This document shows, piece by piece, positions 48,573 to 61,991 of a stretch of 64,000 nucleotides of DNA (within the stretch, counting starts at the first letter, position 1; each line of letters begins with the position of its first letter). The position numbers and the translations under genes are program-made. This DNA comes from Flaccisagitta enflata. Taxonomy: Eukaryota. The DNA lies in contig OZ231126.1 of assembly GCA_965153355.1 (NCBI GenBank), forward strand, positions 7,130,001-7,194,000, in the 5' to 3' direction. A model generated the notes under the pieces. The model saw only the letters and a program-made list of their open reading frames with translations, was not told the origin of the DNA and searched no databases.

Positions 48573-50354
48573 GTAAGTCCCAATTCTCTCTCGCGCCCCA
48601 GCTAGACAATTATATATCTACCGACCGTTTCCTGAACCGACCGAGAATATTTTCGTGTTTCCAACTAGAAATTTTACAAATGCGAGAGGGATTGAAGCGC
48701 TTCGTTCACGCGTTACGGGAATTTATTCTTAAAAACATGAGACATATTCTTAGAAGGACTAGGTATATTTTTTTTTTAAAGAGAAATTCAATCATGAGTG
48801 AATCAAATTTTGAACTCATTAGATTCGTTTTTGTCGTCCGTAAGTGACGGAGCGTGTCTCTCTACTGCTTAGTCCTGTTATTTTGAGCTGCCATTTAAAC
48901 ACAGAGATCTGGTCTGTGTGGAGATAGAGCAAAGCATATAAAAAGATCTATGTATATATATATTCCGTTTTTCCTGATAAATCCAAAAAACTTATGAATT
49001 TTTTCGTCACCATTGTCATCCCTTCTATCGTTGTTATATATTCACACACTCACTAGCAGCAAAATTCCATAAATGAATTTTGCCCTCCAGGTATTGATGA
49101 AATTGAATTCTCTAAAAAGTTTACATAATTTTATTATTTTCTATCGTAAAAAATCCGTCACTTTTGTTTGTCAATATGTAGGAAGTGATTTCTTTTCATG
49201 TTGTATCAAACAACGGTGATGCTATCACGTTTTAAGTATTATGAAAGACGAAAATTTTAGATCTACTCTACATCCTGTTGATATTTTTTCTCGAAAACAA
49301 AGAAAACTTGATGGGCCCTTTAAAAGGGTTTTATTCTACGTCGACATGTTAGATTCTTTAGACGTAACTTTAAAAAAAAACTGATACATTCTAATTCTAT
49401 CTCTCCATTAGATTGACTATATTGCCCACTTTGCCGTATTCTATCTAGTTCCGTATCTCTTCTTCTTCATTTAAGAACGTTATTCGATCATGGTTCTATC
49501 AATTCATTTAAGTTGTAGTACAGACATAGATTGCACTAACGAAAAAGGAAATAGTGGATTGGATAGAACTATGATGGCGTATACTTCCTATCGCACAAAA
49601 TTCTTACACCTCATAGCTCTTTAAGTATTACTTCACACCAGGCGAATCAGATGGGGTTAATGATAGTATTTGGATTCATATTCCCTAATAAGATATTAAT
49701 AATAATTATATATCGCTTCTTAACTCTGGGTGTGTAATTGTTAATTCACGCAACGTCCTTCCCCGCTTTTTTTATCAATAATTTGGTTGTTTGTGTTTCT
49801 ACGAATTGTAACCATTGTTTGTTTCCTTAGCATCTTGTTACCGTGCTTTTTCTATCACACTGAGTTTGCTTCGTCAATTCATACCCCCCCTTCTCATAGC
49901 CATTCAAAACACCGTTTCTCATCCGTTATGCTCGGCAACTGGGTCATGAGGAAATAATACAATTTATAGCATATTGTTTCCAATTGAAGTGAATTTGACG
50001 GACGCTTGTACTGCAAGGCGCGCTTGGCAAAGATATTACTACACACTAAGATAGAAAGTCCTATAAGAAAGGTAGCGGGACCCCCTTCTCTCTTTCCGGT
50101 TAGAGACGCAACACGTGACGAGGGGTCACAATATCGTTGCGGACGGGTGGGCAGGGGCGGCCAACCCCCATCCCGGCCATCCGTACCTAACGCCCCACCC
50201 AACTCGCGCACACACACACGCACGCACATACCTTCTAAAACGCTCGTTTTCTCACTTTATGACTCGTTCACCTTTACAGACCGGCGGACATGACAGACCA
50301 ACGGACGGACAAAGCCTCTTATACAGTTGCGTGGCCGCAACTTAAACTGCAGAT

Positions 50355-50701
50355 TACGTCTCTCAGAGTGCCCAGAAAAGCCAAAATTGTACTTCGCCTG
50401 GCAAAAACATTTTTCCTTTGCAAAAATGCTTTCAAATGAGCCATTGTACTAATTTCAATCGAGATCCATCTTTAGGGTAAGGTTGAAGATCACATTGAAT
50501 CGTCATTGGAATCTATTTTTCTATTATGCAAATTTTGTCTCTCTCATACAGATCTATGGAAACTTCAAAGTCATCCTAAAGATGGTTCCTGATTGATTTG
50601 AAAATTGCGCATTGGCTCATTTGAAAGCATTTTTGCAAAGGAAAAATATTTTTGCCAGGCAAAGTACAATATTGGCTTTTCTGGGCATTCTGACAGACGT
50701 A
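50355..50701. mobile_element. MITE with TACG...CGTA ends and long TIRs
   Basis: About 85-bp TIR; 8-bp TSD CTGCAGAT. Confidence 0.85.
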
Positions 50702-50875
50702 CTGCAGATATTTTAGCTCATAAAAATTTCCATTTTCAAAAGCAGGTCTTTTATAAGAAAGCGATGGCTACTAATGAAATAACTAGCATGTTGTTAATTT
50801 TAGAGCAATTTCAAGCCTAACGTTATTATGGACTTTGTTCTTACAAGAAAAAGGAGTGTAATTGTTGATGTGGGC

Positions 50876-51226
50876 TACGCATGTCACAGTGCCGGAATTG
50901 GCTGAAATTGGCTTTCCCCCTGCCATCATCTGTTTTCTTTGCTGAAATGCTATCAAATGAGCCGTCACGCGATTTTCAAATCAATTGGGAACCATCATAA
51001 GGGTGTCCATGAAGTTTCCATAGATATCTATTGCGGAGGAAAAATTTGCATAATAAAAATATTGATTCCAATGCTAATTCAATACAAACTTCAACCACTC
51101 CCTAACGATGGTTCCTGATCGAATTTAAGGTCGCGCGACGGCTTGTTTGAAAGGAATTTTGCAAAAGAAAACGATGAGGGCGGGGGAAAGCCAGTTTCGC
51201 TCGTTTTTGGCACCCTGACACACGTA
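50876..51226. mobile_element. Related TACG...CGTA MITE in opposite orientation
   Basis: 8-bp TSD ATGTGGGC; the interior is a diverged reverse complement of 50355-50701. Confidence 0.8.
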
Positions 51227-51533
51227 ATGTGGGCCCCTATCCCTTGACCCTCATGTTAAGACAGACTCAACTACGAAAGACAATCACCAGATAACCCCAA
51301 TTCTAGATTCCTGGTAGACATTTGCATGACTTTAGACGCCAGGTTTGGACTCTCCACAAATAATGAATTCCAACGTTATTTGAGCCAATGCATGCCGATA
51401 GCAATCTGTAAGGGCTCGCCCCATGGTCTGTCTCGACGTTCGTTCTCGTTTACTGCGCCTAAAGTTGAAGCGCATGCATGTACGTGTTCTTTCATCATCG
51501 AGGACCGGGTATTATTGTTAACAGGGATGTGTA

Positions 51534-51947
51534 CTACGCGAATCAATAAAAAAGCCGCACTTTTAAATTACATTTTACCATATTGAATTTCAAAATAATC
51601 AGATAAAATCATAGACCATTTTAAAGCTCTCAAAGAGAACTTTCATTTGGCTTCAATCTGGTATTTCTAGCTTTATTTGTTTAGAAATGGCATAAAAAAG
51701 AGTGGAAACATTGTCATTTTCAGTTTTGCAATCCTATTGAAAAATAAGCATTTTTACAAAAAAAGTGGTTAACTTTGACAAGCTATAACTTCTAAACGGT
51801 TTGAGATTGAGACCTGGGGTTGGTCTAGAATGAAAGAAAATTCAAAAATCTTTAAAATCAATTCAACAAAAAAAGTTAAAAAAATTTTTTTCTGCCTCTT
51901 CCACTCACCTATAATAGGGTGCGGCTTTTTTTTTTTTAATCGCGTAG
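51534..51947. mobile_element. TA-flanked MITE with CTACGCGA...AAAAAAGCCGCAC termini
   Basis: About 27-bp TIR with TA on both sides; termini resemble 37922-38526. Confidence 0.8.
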
Positions 51948-53889
51948 TATAGTAGTTTACCCCTTCTCCCCCTTCGGCATTGAGGTATTCAAAGGGCTAG
52001 GAAATGAGAGATTAAACCAACGGCAAGAGAAGAGAAAAAAAGAAAATTGGAGGAAATTTAATACCTTTGTTAGCACTGAAACATAAAATCAGATTACCAT
52101 AACTCAATTCGTCACCATGTGAGCTCAAAATGTACCGCTCCCATGCTCTTTGGGGATGAGTATCATAGATTTTGTAACGCGACGAAGAAAATCAGAAGCA
52201 GGGGCAAAAATGAAGAGTAGGTATTGTAAGAGAGTAGGGAATGCAATGGGGCACATCGCATGGTTATGGGAATATGGGAAGAGGGGGTACAAAACGGGTA
52301 GGAGAACGAAACCATTCCTCGGGTTAGTTATTTGAGGTGATTCATCGACCCTGTCCTTACCTTTCTCATTTCCCTTTTTTTTTTATTTCATCATTCAAAA
52401 AACTCATATTCCATCGTTAACATTTCATACACACTTTATTCTTTTTGGGTAAAAAAAAACCTAAAAAATTGACACAGGTGGTGGTGGATTACCATGGGCG
52501 CGCGCGGCCTCACCCGTGCGCGGGGCCGTGCCCGTCAACACATCACCATTCTAGGACTCCTTGATCATCATCTTTTTTTTTCTCTCTGTTACTTATCAGT
52601 TTCTTTGGGGGTACATATTCTTGAATCTTTACACACTCGATGCGCACTCTTTCATTCTCGTAGATTAGAATCAATTCACGGAACGAAAATGATTTATATA
52701 TTAAACGTGTTTGATCTGAGGCTTGATGCATTAGGAACGTCGGTCCATCGCAGCTCGAGATCCAGAGCGCAGTATGTGACCCGAGGTTTGGGGTGTTATT
52801 CTAGGAACGCTCGGGAAGAACCTCCACTGGTTTTTTCAATTTTGATTCGGAGTTTGTGACTGACGCTTCAACAACAGTTTGAAAAGAATTAACTCGTTGC
52901 GAACATCATTTTGTTTTCCTTTACCAGGAAGCATGGTTGGACAGCCACTCTCTCTCTCTCTCACGCAGTTTTGAAGTATATACTGTGCAAATCTTTCTCT
53001 TTTTTTTTTTTTTTTGTAATTTTACCTCTCAAAATGTCCCAAATGGCTCCTTCGGGGGCGGCAAAAGACCTAGGCATGAAATCCCGTGTGAAATATGCTA
53101 CCATCAGTATCATTGTCACCTTTTTTTGCAATTGAAAATCCAAAGGCAAAAATTAATTTTGATCCCCGATGATTAATTTTCTTGCAAAACGCCGGCGTAA
53201 AAATTTTGGTCAAGTTGGTGTTGGGCTGTATAGATTATTTTGAGGTTACACCATGTAGAGCTCTCACGCTGTCTCGGTTCCTCATGTCACTCACTCATCC
53301 CGCTCATGACGCTCACTCATGCTTGAGTCGCCTCGTGAAGTCGTTGCCGTATCGATTCAGTGGTCGTTATTCACCTTGTATGGCTCGCTCGCCAACTTGC
53401 GGTAAATTGAGTTTAGCAGAAACACTGTGGAAATGGGGAAGAGTTATCTCTTTAAGAATATTCGGGGCGACATGAGAGCTCTCAGTGTACTTATGCAATC
53501 GTATTATTACCGAGTTTTGCAACCTAACGCGTCTCCACCTTAGTAAATTGAATCATATAATTTTTGCCTAGGTCGTATGCTTGTAGTCGTAATATTTGTT
53601 ATTCATAGAAAACGATCAATGATGGTTTATTTTTCTACTTCCTGAGCCATAAAAATTTAGCGTATGATGGTCCATTATGGAACACTAACAGTAACAAAAA
53701 CGTGCATGAAATGTTATTTGTTCAGAAAAAGGAGCTTGTGATAGTCCCAAAAGTATCCATAACTTGATGCAAACAAATTTATGTAAGATTTTGTAGAATG
53801 AAGTGGTGCATGTTGTGATAACCAGGATGATTAATTAACCTTCTTTCACTTTCCGTCGCGATTTTGGGCATTTTTGTCCAATTTTGCCT

Positions 53890-54845
53890 CACATCCATCC
53901 TCGACTTTGTCTGGCTTTGACCGTTCTTTTACCATCTCCATCTTCTATCTCCATCTTCAACTGACTGACTGACTTTGTCTGGCTTTGACCGTTGCGTGAC
54001 TTTCTCCGGCTGACCGTACCTTGACTTTTTCCATCTTTGACTGTTCCTTGACTGACTTTGTCATTGGCTATTCCTTAACTTACTATGTCTGTCTCTGACC
54101 TCTCTTTGACTGACATTAATCATTGACTATTTTTTTACTTTTTCCATCTTTGACTGTTTCTTGACTGATTTTTTCTTTGTTTTTGTCCACTCCTTGACTG
54201 ACTTTTTCCATATTTGACCATTTCTTTACTGACTTTATCCATCTTTGACTACAGTCTCAATGATAATATAATGAGCGGGGCAGCAAAATCGCTAGCACCC
54301 CTGCCCACAGCTTGGATGGACAATATTACAGGGAAAACTGAGGTACTGGCTGATAGCTTCTCCCAATATTATTCCCGCCATCGAGGCGTTTTTTGAATTT
54401 CCTCCTAGTTCCGAAGATATTGGTCATAAATTAGCTAAATCAACACCTCAGAAGATGGCTGATTTTTGCCCTAAAAACGGCTGTATCTTGAAAACTACGT
54501 TGAAATTAGGAAATCGCCTCGATGGCGGGAATTGAATTGGGACAAGTTGTTGGGCGCCACCTTTATTGTCCGTGTGGTAGTAACCATTTGAGCTGCAGGT
54601 AGGGTTGCTAGCGATTTTGACTGCCCCCCTCACTGTAATGTCATTGGTTCTGTATACCTTGTCTAAGTTAATCCATCTTGGACTATTCCTCGACTGACTT
54701 TATCTATCTTTGACCATTCCTTGACTGACTTTTTCAATATTTGACCATTTCTTTACTGACTTTATCCATCTTTGACAATTCCTTGATTGACCTAACCCAT
54801 CTTTGACTATACCTTGACAGACTTTATCCATCTTTGACTATTCCT
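53890..54845. repeat. 31-bp minisatellite (ttgactgactttatccatctttgaccattcc) interrupted by a MITE
   Basis: Units start at 54721, 54752, 54783 and 54814; more degenerate units lie upstream. Confidence 0.85.
54269..54635. mobile_element. Tc1/mariner-like MITE
   Basis: Inverted ggggcag.caaaatcgctagca ends, right end CACTG|TA, left end slightly mutated. Confidence 0.7.
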
Positions 54846-57117
54846 TTGGGAGAGCCCTTCTCTGTCAGCGCCTGTCTCTGTCAGCGCTTTCTATCATCTG
54901 ATATCTCGACTCTGCCAACTGGTCCGTTAGTGTTTCTCACTTTCCTCTGTTACCTCTTCATTTCTACTTACCAAGTATGTTCATTGGCCGTTTCCATTAT
55001 TTCTTCTCCCCCTCCCCCATCACACACAAACAGCGCACACAAACACCGCTTTGCTTGAAAGAGTAGCATTTAAACGCTTCATCCAAACCCGTTTTTTTTT
55101 TCTTGCAAAATTTTCAAACGACTCATCTTCTTTTGTCTATTTACCTTTCTCGCTATCGTGAACCCTCTCGAAAAAAAATTATGAAAAAAAAGGTAACTGG
55201 TTCAAGGTCTTACACTGTACTGTGCTGTACTGGTTCAAGGTCCTGTACTTTCTCCCGTTTGGGAGAGAGTTAGAAAAACGAGTGATTAGGGAAAGTGGTC
55301 AGGTAATACGTAAGAAGAAAAAAGCCCGTATTTTGAAACACGCCGCATTTCTCTCGCTTAGCGCCTCTTCATAATCAGCTCTATTGGAAAACTATTATCA
55401 CTAAGTCATCTTTGACAATCATAAGTGAAGAAGTGTACCTGTCTTTCCAAAGCTTATTGAGACATATTGCAGAACTATTGCATATCAGGCATTTTGTTTT
55501 TCGTTGAAAAATTCACTCTCTCCCTCCAGCGCGCTAATTATGGAAGTGTGGTATGGTACCATCTTGCTCAGAAATATTGGAAGAAGTTTAAAGGTTGATT
55601 TTTTGTGGTTTTCTTGATATTTATTTTTTTATATTGAAACAGTGATTTTTGTCTCTTGCTGTGTCAGCTGGCCTGCCCAACCGTAAGTCCATCCGTCCGT
55701 CCGTATCGTCATTGAATTACCGTTGTGTTTATGGCCCGTCCCAACCGGCCGCGACTGCTGCCCTTTGTAGGGCTTGTTTTTGTATGAATTTTCCATAATG
55801 ATAATTGCAATATTGATGTTTTTGTAATAATTTCACAAGTTAACGCAATTGATTAAGCGACATTGCACATATGATGAAGATTGATGGAAGAAAATCATTT
55901 CGTTTGGGATGCACATATGATGTTTTAATGATAAAAACAGAAATTTTCAAAGCATATGGACGCTTTATCATCAGCTGTTACAATTGTCAGATTAAGGGAA
56001 GAGACAGAATTCTGTATATCCCAAACGAAATGTTTTTCTTCCAAGATAACGCCATGTAAAATTGTAATTATCCTAAGCAGCGATTAATTAAGTAATGTTA
56101 GATAGAGGAGGAAAAGTAGTTTCTCTAGTCTCATTCAAAAATAATTTATCTCAAGTTTATTGATTGGGAATTTAAATTGCTAAAGCAGGGACGACCCAGT
56201 ATTCTGAGAAAGATTGTATTGGAAAATGGCGGCATTTTTCTTCGACCCGATTTCAACTCCTTCCTTTTTTTGCGCTTCACCTTTGTTCTCTCTCTCTCTC
56301 TCGAAAACTCTTAATTAAATAGAATCTGTTTTCCAAGTTGGTTAATCCGTTCTGAGCTGCTTTTGATATTTGACGCGGGCATCAACGTCGTTTTTCATAA
56401 CCGTTGCATATCTTTTTAGTTAACTGGCATGAAATTTCTCACTGACAAAAAAATAAAACCAATCTTGTCATGATCATTATTTAAAAAAAACAAACCGTAA
56501 AGTAGTTTTCTCGAGTTATAAACTCGAGAAAGAATCTCATTTACATATACCCCTCCCCTTCTTAAGGAAAATAATATTGATATTAATTAAGTAATTAAAA
56601 AAAAATGTAAAGAACGAGAGCGCTGTTCATTTCGCGTTGTCTCTCCCTTCTCCTCTCTCGAATCGGCGTTGTCGCATAAATTGTTGTATGTTCCAAAGCG
56701 CGGTTTCCTTATCTGTATATTTTTTTCCCTCTTTGCCCTCTTCCCTGCATTCGCACTGCGTCACACTCTTTTTTTTCTTTCTCTCTTTCTTCTCACTCTT
56801 TCCCGTGTTTCTTCAATCCTTGTCATCGCGTCTACATCATATCTCTCCTTTCATATCATTTTCTTCATTTTCTTCATTCTCTACATCATCCTCGTTCTTC
56901 CTCTTCTTCTCCCTTCTTTTTTTTCCTCACTCTCCATTTCTCAACCTACTTCTACCTCATCTCCTGCTTCATTTTCCTATTCGTCATCTTCTTCTCGTTT
57001 CTCTTTTCTTCTTTTACCCTTCTTCTCCCCCTTCTTCTCCCTTTCTCCGTCCCCACTTCTTCTCTTCTCTGCCCCCCCCCCCCTCTCCCTCTCATTTCCC
57101 CACAACGAACAACGCAG

Positions 57118-59961
57118 GTGGCGGGAAATCGAAAAAGACCACTTCCGGCGTTTTTGGCAAAGGATTGACGTTCGGCTTCCAGAAGAAGACGAACTCCATT
57201 CAGCAGTCGTCCGTCTTTGCACGGACGCGATCCCACGGCACCCGGACAACGTCGGGTTCCGAGGGCGGCGGCGGAAGTACGGACAAGAAAGACGACGGAC
57301 TGCAGCCGCTCGAAGATGGCAATGGAGTGAAGGACGGATCGAAGGAAGGATCTCGGGAGGCGGACAGCGAATTGGAGGCGGGAGATGGAGAAGGAGGAGG
57401 AGGAGGAGCGGCGAGCAACGGCGACGTAGATGGCGAAGAAATGAAGCCGACTACCGAAGAAAATGGCCAGGATGCGGCGGACGAAGCTGGCAACAGCGAT
57501 AGCGGCGGCGGCGGCGGCGGCGGAATCGAGAAAAAGGGATTCCAACGCGTCCTGAGTCGCGACGGCAGCACGCACCTCGAGTGGCCGGCGGAAATGGTGC
57601 GCTACACGCAAACGGCGTTGCCGGCCATCGCTTTTAGCGTCAACCCGCTCTTATTTAACTTTTCCCACTTGGTGACCGACGGCGCCGGCGGGGGAGTGGG
57701 CAAACAGAACGACGGCGTCGTCGGAGGGGATGTCGAGTTGGAAGACGCTATCAAAGTGAAACTCGAAGATTACGAAGTGAAAATCGCCGCGGAGGACAAC
57801 GAAGAGGATGATGACGACGATGTTGTTGACGACGCCGATGCGAGGGTCAAAGACAAACGTGAAAGGGAACGAAGGGATGAGCGGGAAAATGATGATACGG
57901 CCAAGGGAAAGTCGAAAAGTGGAGGGAAAGGAGGCAAGGGAGAGAAGAGTGGAAAAAGAAAAAGAGGAAAGAAAGACGCTTCGAAGAGTGGCAAAGGAGG
58001 AAGAAAAGAGAATGAGGAAAAATTAGGAGCGGAGGAGGAGGAGGAGGATGATGTTGATGACGGACGAGACTATGGCAAAGGAGACGCCAGAGAGGAAAGA
58101 CTCAAAGGAAAGAGAGGCTACGAGGCCGAAGAAGAGGAAATGAAAGAGGATGGCGAAGAGGAAGACGATGAAGTTGATCAGGAGGAGAAGAGACGGAGGA
58201 AGCACCACAAGAAGAAAAAGAAGAGACATCGAAGTCGTAATAAAGAGGAAGAAAAGGCGGACCGTCAGTCGGAGGCCAACGTAAACGACAACGCCGCTTC
58301 CTCTTCCTCTAATAAACGCAAGGAGGCCGATGTAGAAGAGGATGAGCAGGAGGAAGAAAGGGAGGAAGAAGGCGGCGTCGGCGGCGGCGGCGGTGGGAAG
58401 AATCGCTCCGAAGATGGCAAAAACGGGAAGGAGAAAAAGAAAAAAGAAAAGCGGAAAAAGAGAGAGAAAAGCCGCAGTGGGAAAAAAGACGCCGATGATG
58501 GAAAAAGTTCCAAATCCAAGGATCATACCTCTTCTTCCAAAACGAGCGTCGGAGTGGTGGATTACGGAGACGACGATGAGGAGGAGGAGGACGAGGAGGA
58601 AGGGAGTAAAGGGTCGTCGTCGTCGTCGTTGCGACGAAGGCGCCGTCGCGCGGACGTCGATGACGATCCATCACCCATGGAGGAAGAAGAAGATGGAGAG
58701 GAGGCAGATGAAAAGGAAGGGAAAAGAAAGGAAAAGCGAAAGAAACATAAAAAGCACAAGAAAGAGAAGAAAAGTAAGAAGAGTAAGAGGGAAAAATCTT
58801 CTCACCGCGTAGACGACGACGAGGAAGAGGAGGAAGAGGAAGAGTTGGAAGATGCGGAGGAGAAAGTGGAAGTTTCCTCGTCGAAAGACAAGAAGAGAAA
58901 GAAGAGGGGAGAACAAGAAAGATCTTCCTCGTCATTGGTGGCGGCTGTTTCTGCGAACGCGGTAAACAGTCAAGACTCTTCCTCCACAGCGGGCAATCAA
59001 TTCGAGGAAGAGGCGGAGGAATACAAAGTCATCCGCATCGAAAAGAAGGTCAGCGGCGGCGGTGGCGGCAAAAAAAGTAGCGCCGGGAAAACCGGTCCCC
59101 ATAACAATTCTGGAATTATCGATGGTGGCGCGGAGGGAGGAGAGGAGGAAGAGGAGGAGGGAAGTGGCAAATCATCGATGACGGAAAAGGAGAAACGAAA
59201 ACGGAAGAAGGGCGCCTCGTCGGCGTCGGCGAATCACGCGGAAGCCGTTTCTGCCTTAGATGACGCGGAGGGCAACCACGGCGTCGCCGCTCCAGCTGCT
59301 TCTGCGGCGTCTTCCGAGTCGGCGTCGATGACGACGAAACGAGATAGAAAAGAGAAGAAAGGTCGTCGACGCGAAGATTCCACGACGGAAGATGGTATGG
59401 ACGCTGGAGGGACGCCAGAAAGGGGCGCGGCGCCGGGAAAATCTCGATCAAAGCGTCAAAGCGACAAGCTTAACGCCAGCAATAACAGTGGAAACAGTCT
59501 GGGTGCATCGCCTGGTCGAAGCGCCGGTGGACTCGGAAGCGATAGCCTCGGCGGAAGCGCTTCCGGCAATTCCGCCAACGAGGCCGCGGTCAACGCCGCC
59601 ACGGCCAAACCCAAAGTGGAACAGCCAAAGCCGGACGGGGTGATTGAGAAGCTGCAACGCCTCAGCAGAATGTCCATCAACGAAGCTGCCAAAGGCCGAG
59701 GCGCCGAAGCAGTCTCCAGAAGAATACAAGAAGCGAAAGCCATGAACAGAGCAAATAACATGGGGCCTGGCGGCGGCGGTCCCGGAGGACAAGGCGGCGG
59801 CGGAGGCGGTGGAAATAACTCTGCCGCCGGTGGAGGACGCGCGGGACCTTCGGGCGTCGGAGGAGGAGGAGGAGGAGGATCCCAAGGATACGATGATGGA
59901 AAGCAAGGTGGTCCCAGGAGGAGGCAATACAGAAACGCGGGAGGACCGCCAAACCAGGAAG
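57118..59961 (+). CDS. GPATCH8: Large exon (2844 nt) of a GPATCH8/ZNF804-family-like nuclear protein; K/E/D-rich and Gly-rich low complexity
   Basis: GLTFGFQKK...SSVF and FQRVLSRDGSTHLEWPAEMVRYTQTALPAIAFSVNPLLFNF resemble the conserved GxSFxFxKK and KDxxTxLQWPxELLxFTKxEPxISYxCNPLYFDF blocks of GPATCH8/ZNF804 as recalled. gcag| acceptor after a long pyrimidine tract; GAAG|gtaggt donor. Confidence 0.75.
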
Positions 59962-60208
59962 GTAGGTCGCTATCCAAATGAAGTGTTTGATTTTATTCAC
60001 GAAGCCTAGCCGATTTATATTGTTTCTCTTGGTTTCATTCATTGGCTCTTCATATAAATATCAATCTTCATATAAATATTCTTTGAACTTTAGTGCTCAT
60101 TAGGGAGCCAACCGAACCAAATTTACTGTTTGATTACAGATAAGTTAAAGATGATGACTGCAAACATGTTTCTTCATCCATGTTTTTCATTCCCAAACCT
60201 TGTTTCAG

Positions 60209-60416
60209 GCCAAGGAGGTCCCGTGACGGATCGTCGCAGCGGCGGCGGCGGTGGTGGTAGTGGTAGTTCGAATCGCAAAGACGAAGAATCCTCGCGATCG
60301 CATCATCATCACCACCATCACAAAGGCTCTCGGTCGCCCTCGGCTTCAGACGATAGCTACTCTTCTGAGGAAGATGACGATCGGGGCAGGAGACGCAAAT
60401 CTAGTCGACGCTCCAG
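60209..60416 (+). CDS. GPATCH8: GPATCH8-like exon (poly-Gly, poly-His, start of the RS region)
   Basis: tgtttcag| acceptor phase 1, CCAG|gtgaga donor phase 2, open frame GQGGPVTDRR...RKSSRRSR. Confidence 0.8.
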
Positions 60417-60673
60417 GTGAGACGCGGGTTAGGGGACACCTCTCTCTGACTGATAAAAGATTTCTTCATCGGACATTGTCTTCGCCGTCGGATTTTGATG
60501 TTGGACAATGCTACTTAACCAAAACAAGAATAAGGACATGAGCCTTAGGTGCTCTTGGTACACATGAATCTCTTTCAACTCCAAAATTAATAACAGATTC
60601 ATAGTACGAGATCCCAAGGCACTGCACTGGTCCTTATTCTCGTTCTGGTTGAGTTGTTTATGCAATTATGGTA

Positions 60674-61216
60674 CAGTGGGGTTCGTGGAATAACAGCCTA
60701 AACTGGAGGAAGGTATTTGTCTTAATTTCATTTGACAAAGTTGATATTTGAAATTCAAGTTGTTCACTTGATGCTTTTGGCCCTGAGTTTTTTGGTTGCT
60801 ATGGAAACCAAAATTATTTTTTTGAATAATCATAACAACTAGAATATCGATTTTGACAAAAATTATCAGGGAACATTGCTGAGAATTAAATTTGCTACAA
60901 CTTTCCCAGAGTATGTCTTTTAAGAATATTGCTCATTTAGCCGGCCAAACAAGCAATTATCTTACGGAACATACTGTGAGAAAGTTGTAGCAAATTTAAT
61001 TTTAAGCAATGTTCCCTGACAATATTTCTTTAAATATTGATATTTTAGTGGTTATGAATGTTTGAAAAAAAATTTTAGTTTCCATAGCAACCAAAAAACT
61101 CAGGGACAAAAGCATCGAGTGAACAACTTATATCTCAAATATCAAGTTTGTCAAAAAAAATTAAGACACTTAAATACCTTCCTCCAGTTTAGGCTGTTAT
61201 TCCACGAACCCCCCTG
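60674..61216. mobile_element. Tc1/mariner-like foldback MITE inside a GPATCH8-like intron
   Basis: TA|CAGTGGGGTTCGTGGAATAACAGCC...GGCTGTTATTCCACGAACCCCCCTG|TA; arms of about 250 bp are complementary. Confidence 0.9.
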
Positions 61217-61335
61217 TAGCTTTGCCTAAAACAAAGAGTCGGAATCAACTCGTCAATAAAATCCCTTTTTCTCTCTCCTCTTCCTCCTCTTCGCTCTCTT
61301 CCTCCCTCTCCCCCATCCTGTTCCATGTCCATTAG

Positions 61336-61539
61336 GCGTTCATCCCATCGTCATCGGTCCGAGTCGGACTACAGTGGCTCTTCCCGGTCCCGATCTCGGT
61401 CTTATTCTTACTCCGAAGACTCTCGGTCGTCTCGATCTCGATCTCACGGACATCGACGGTCTTATCGGTCTTATTCCTCTTCTTCCGGTTCCGATTATCG
61501 ACGCTCTCGACGCAGGCGCAAGAGGAGCAGAAGATCCAG
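61336..61539 (+). CDS. GPATCH8: GPATCH8-like RS-rich exon
   Basis: Pyrimidine tract plus ttag| acceptor phase 2; RSSHRHRSESDYSGSSRSRSRSYSYSEDSRSSRSRS...; CCAG|gtaggc donor. Confidence 0.8.
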
Positions 61540-61991
61540 GTAGGCAAAAGAGAAAATGAATACCGGAAGTTTCTGGAGAGTGGATTATGAGTGATCAAGC
61601 CAGTCGTAAAAGGAGCAAATAAGGAGATAGTCGAAAGAGGACAGTAGGGCCGAGCATATGAACAAGATATAGTCCAAAGTGGAGAATGTGTTCCAGATGG
61701 TCGTTACTCGTAAGAAGCGCAGAAGATGCAGAATGTTGTGACTGGAGCAAGTTATGCAGATAATCGCACGAGGAGCTGAAGATCCAGCTGGTAGTGACAG
61801 GAGTAGAATGTACAGATGGTAGTGACAGGGGCAGAGTATACAACATACATTTATACAGAAGGTGGTGACGGAAGCAGATTATACAGATGGAAGCGTGAGG
61901 AGCAGAAGAATTGGATGTTGTTAAGAGGAGCAGAAGAATAAGCGCATAACTGAAACTGGTCTTACTCTTCCGTTTCCATCCCCGATCATAG

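Noticed and set aside
52911-53135. KHGW after an AG acceptor as a possible G-patch exon
   Set aside because: The following residues (TATLSLSH) lack the GxGLG signature and run into a CT repeat; I treat it as a chance match.
56637-57117. N-terminal 160 aa (F/S/L-rich, membrane-like) of the 1114-aa ORF
   Set aside because: It begins at a non-ATG codon and is the intronic pyrimidine tract; a phase-compatible acceptor lies at 57117.
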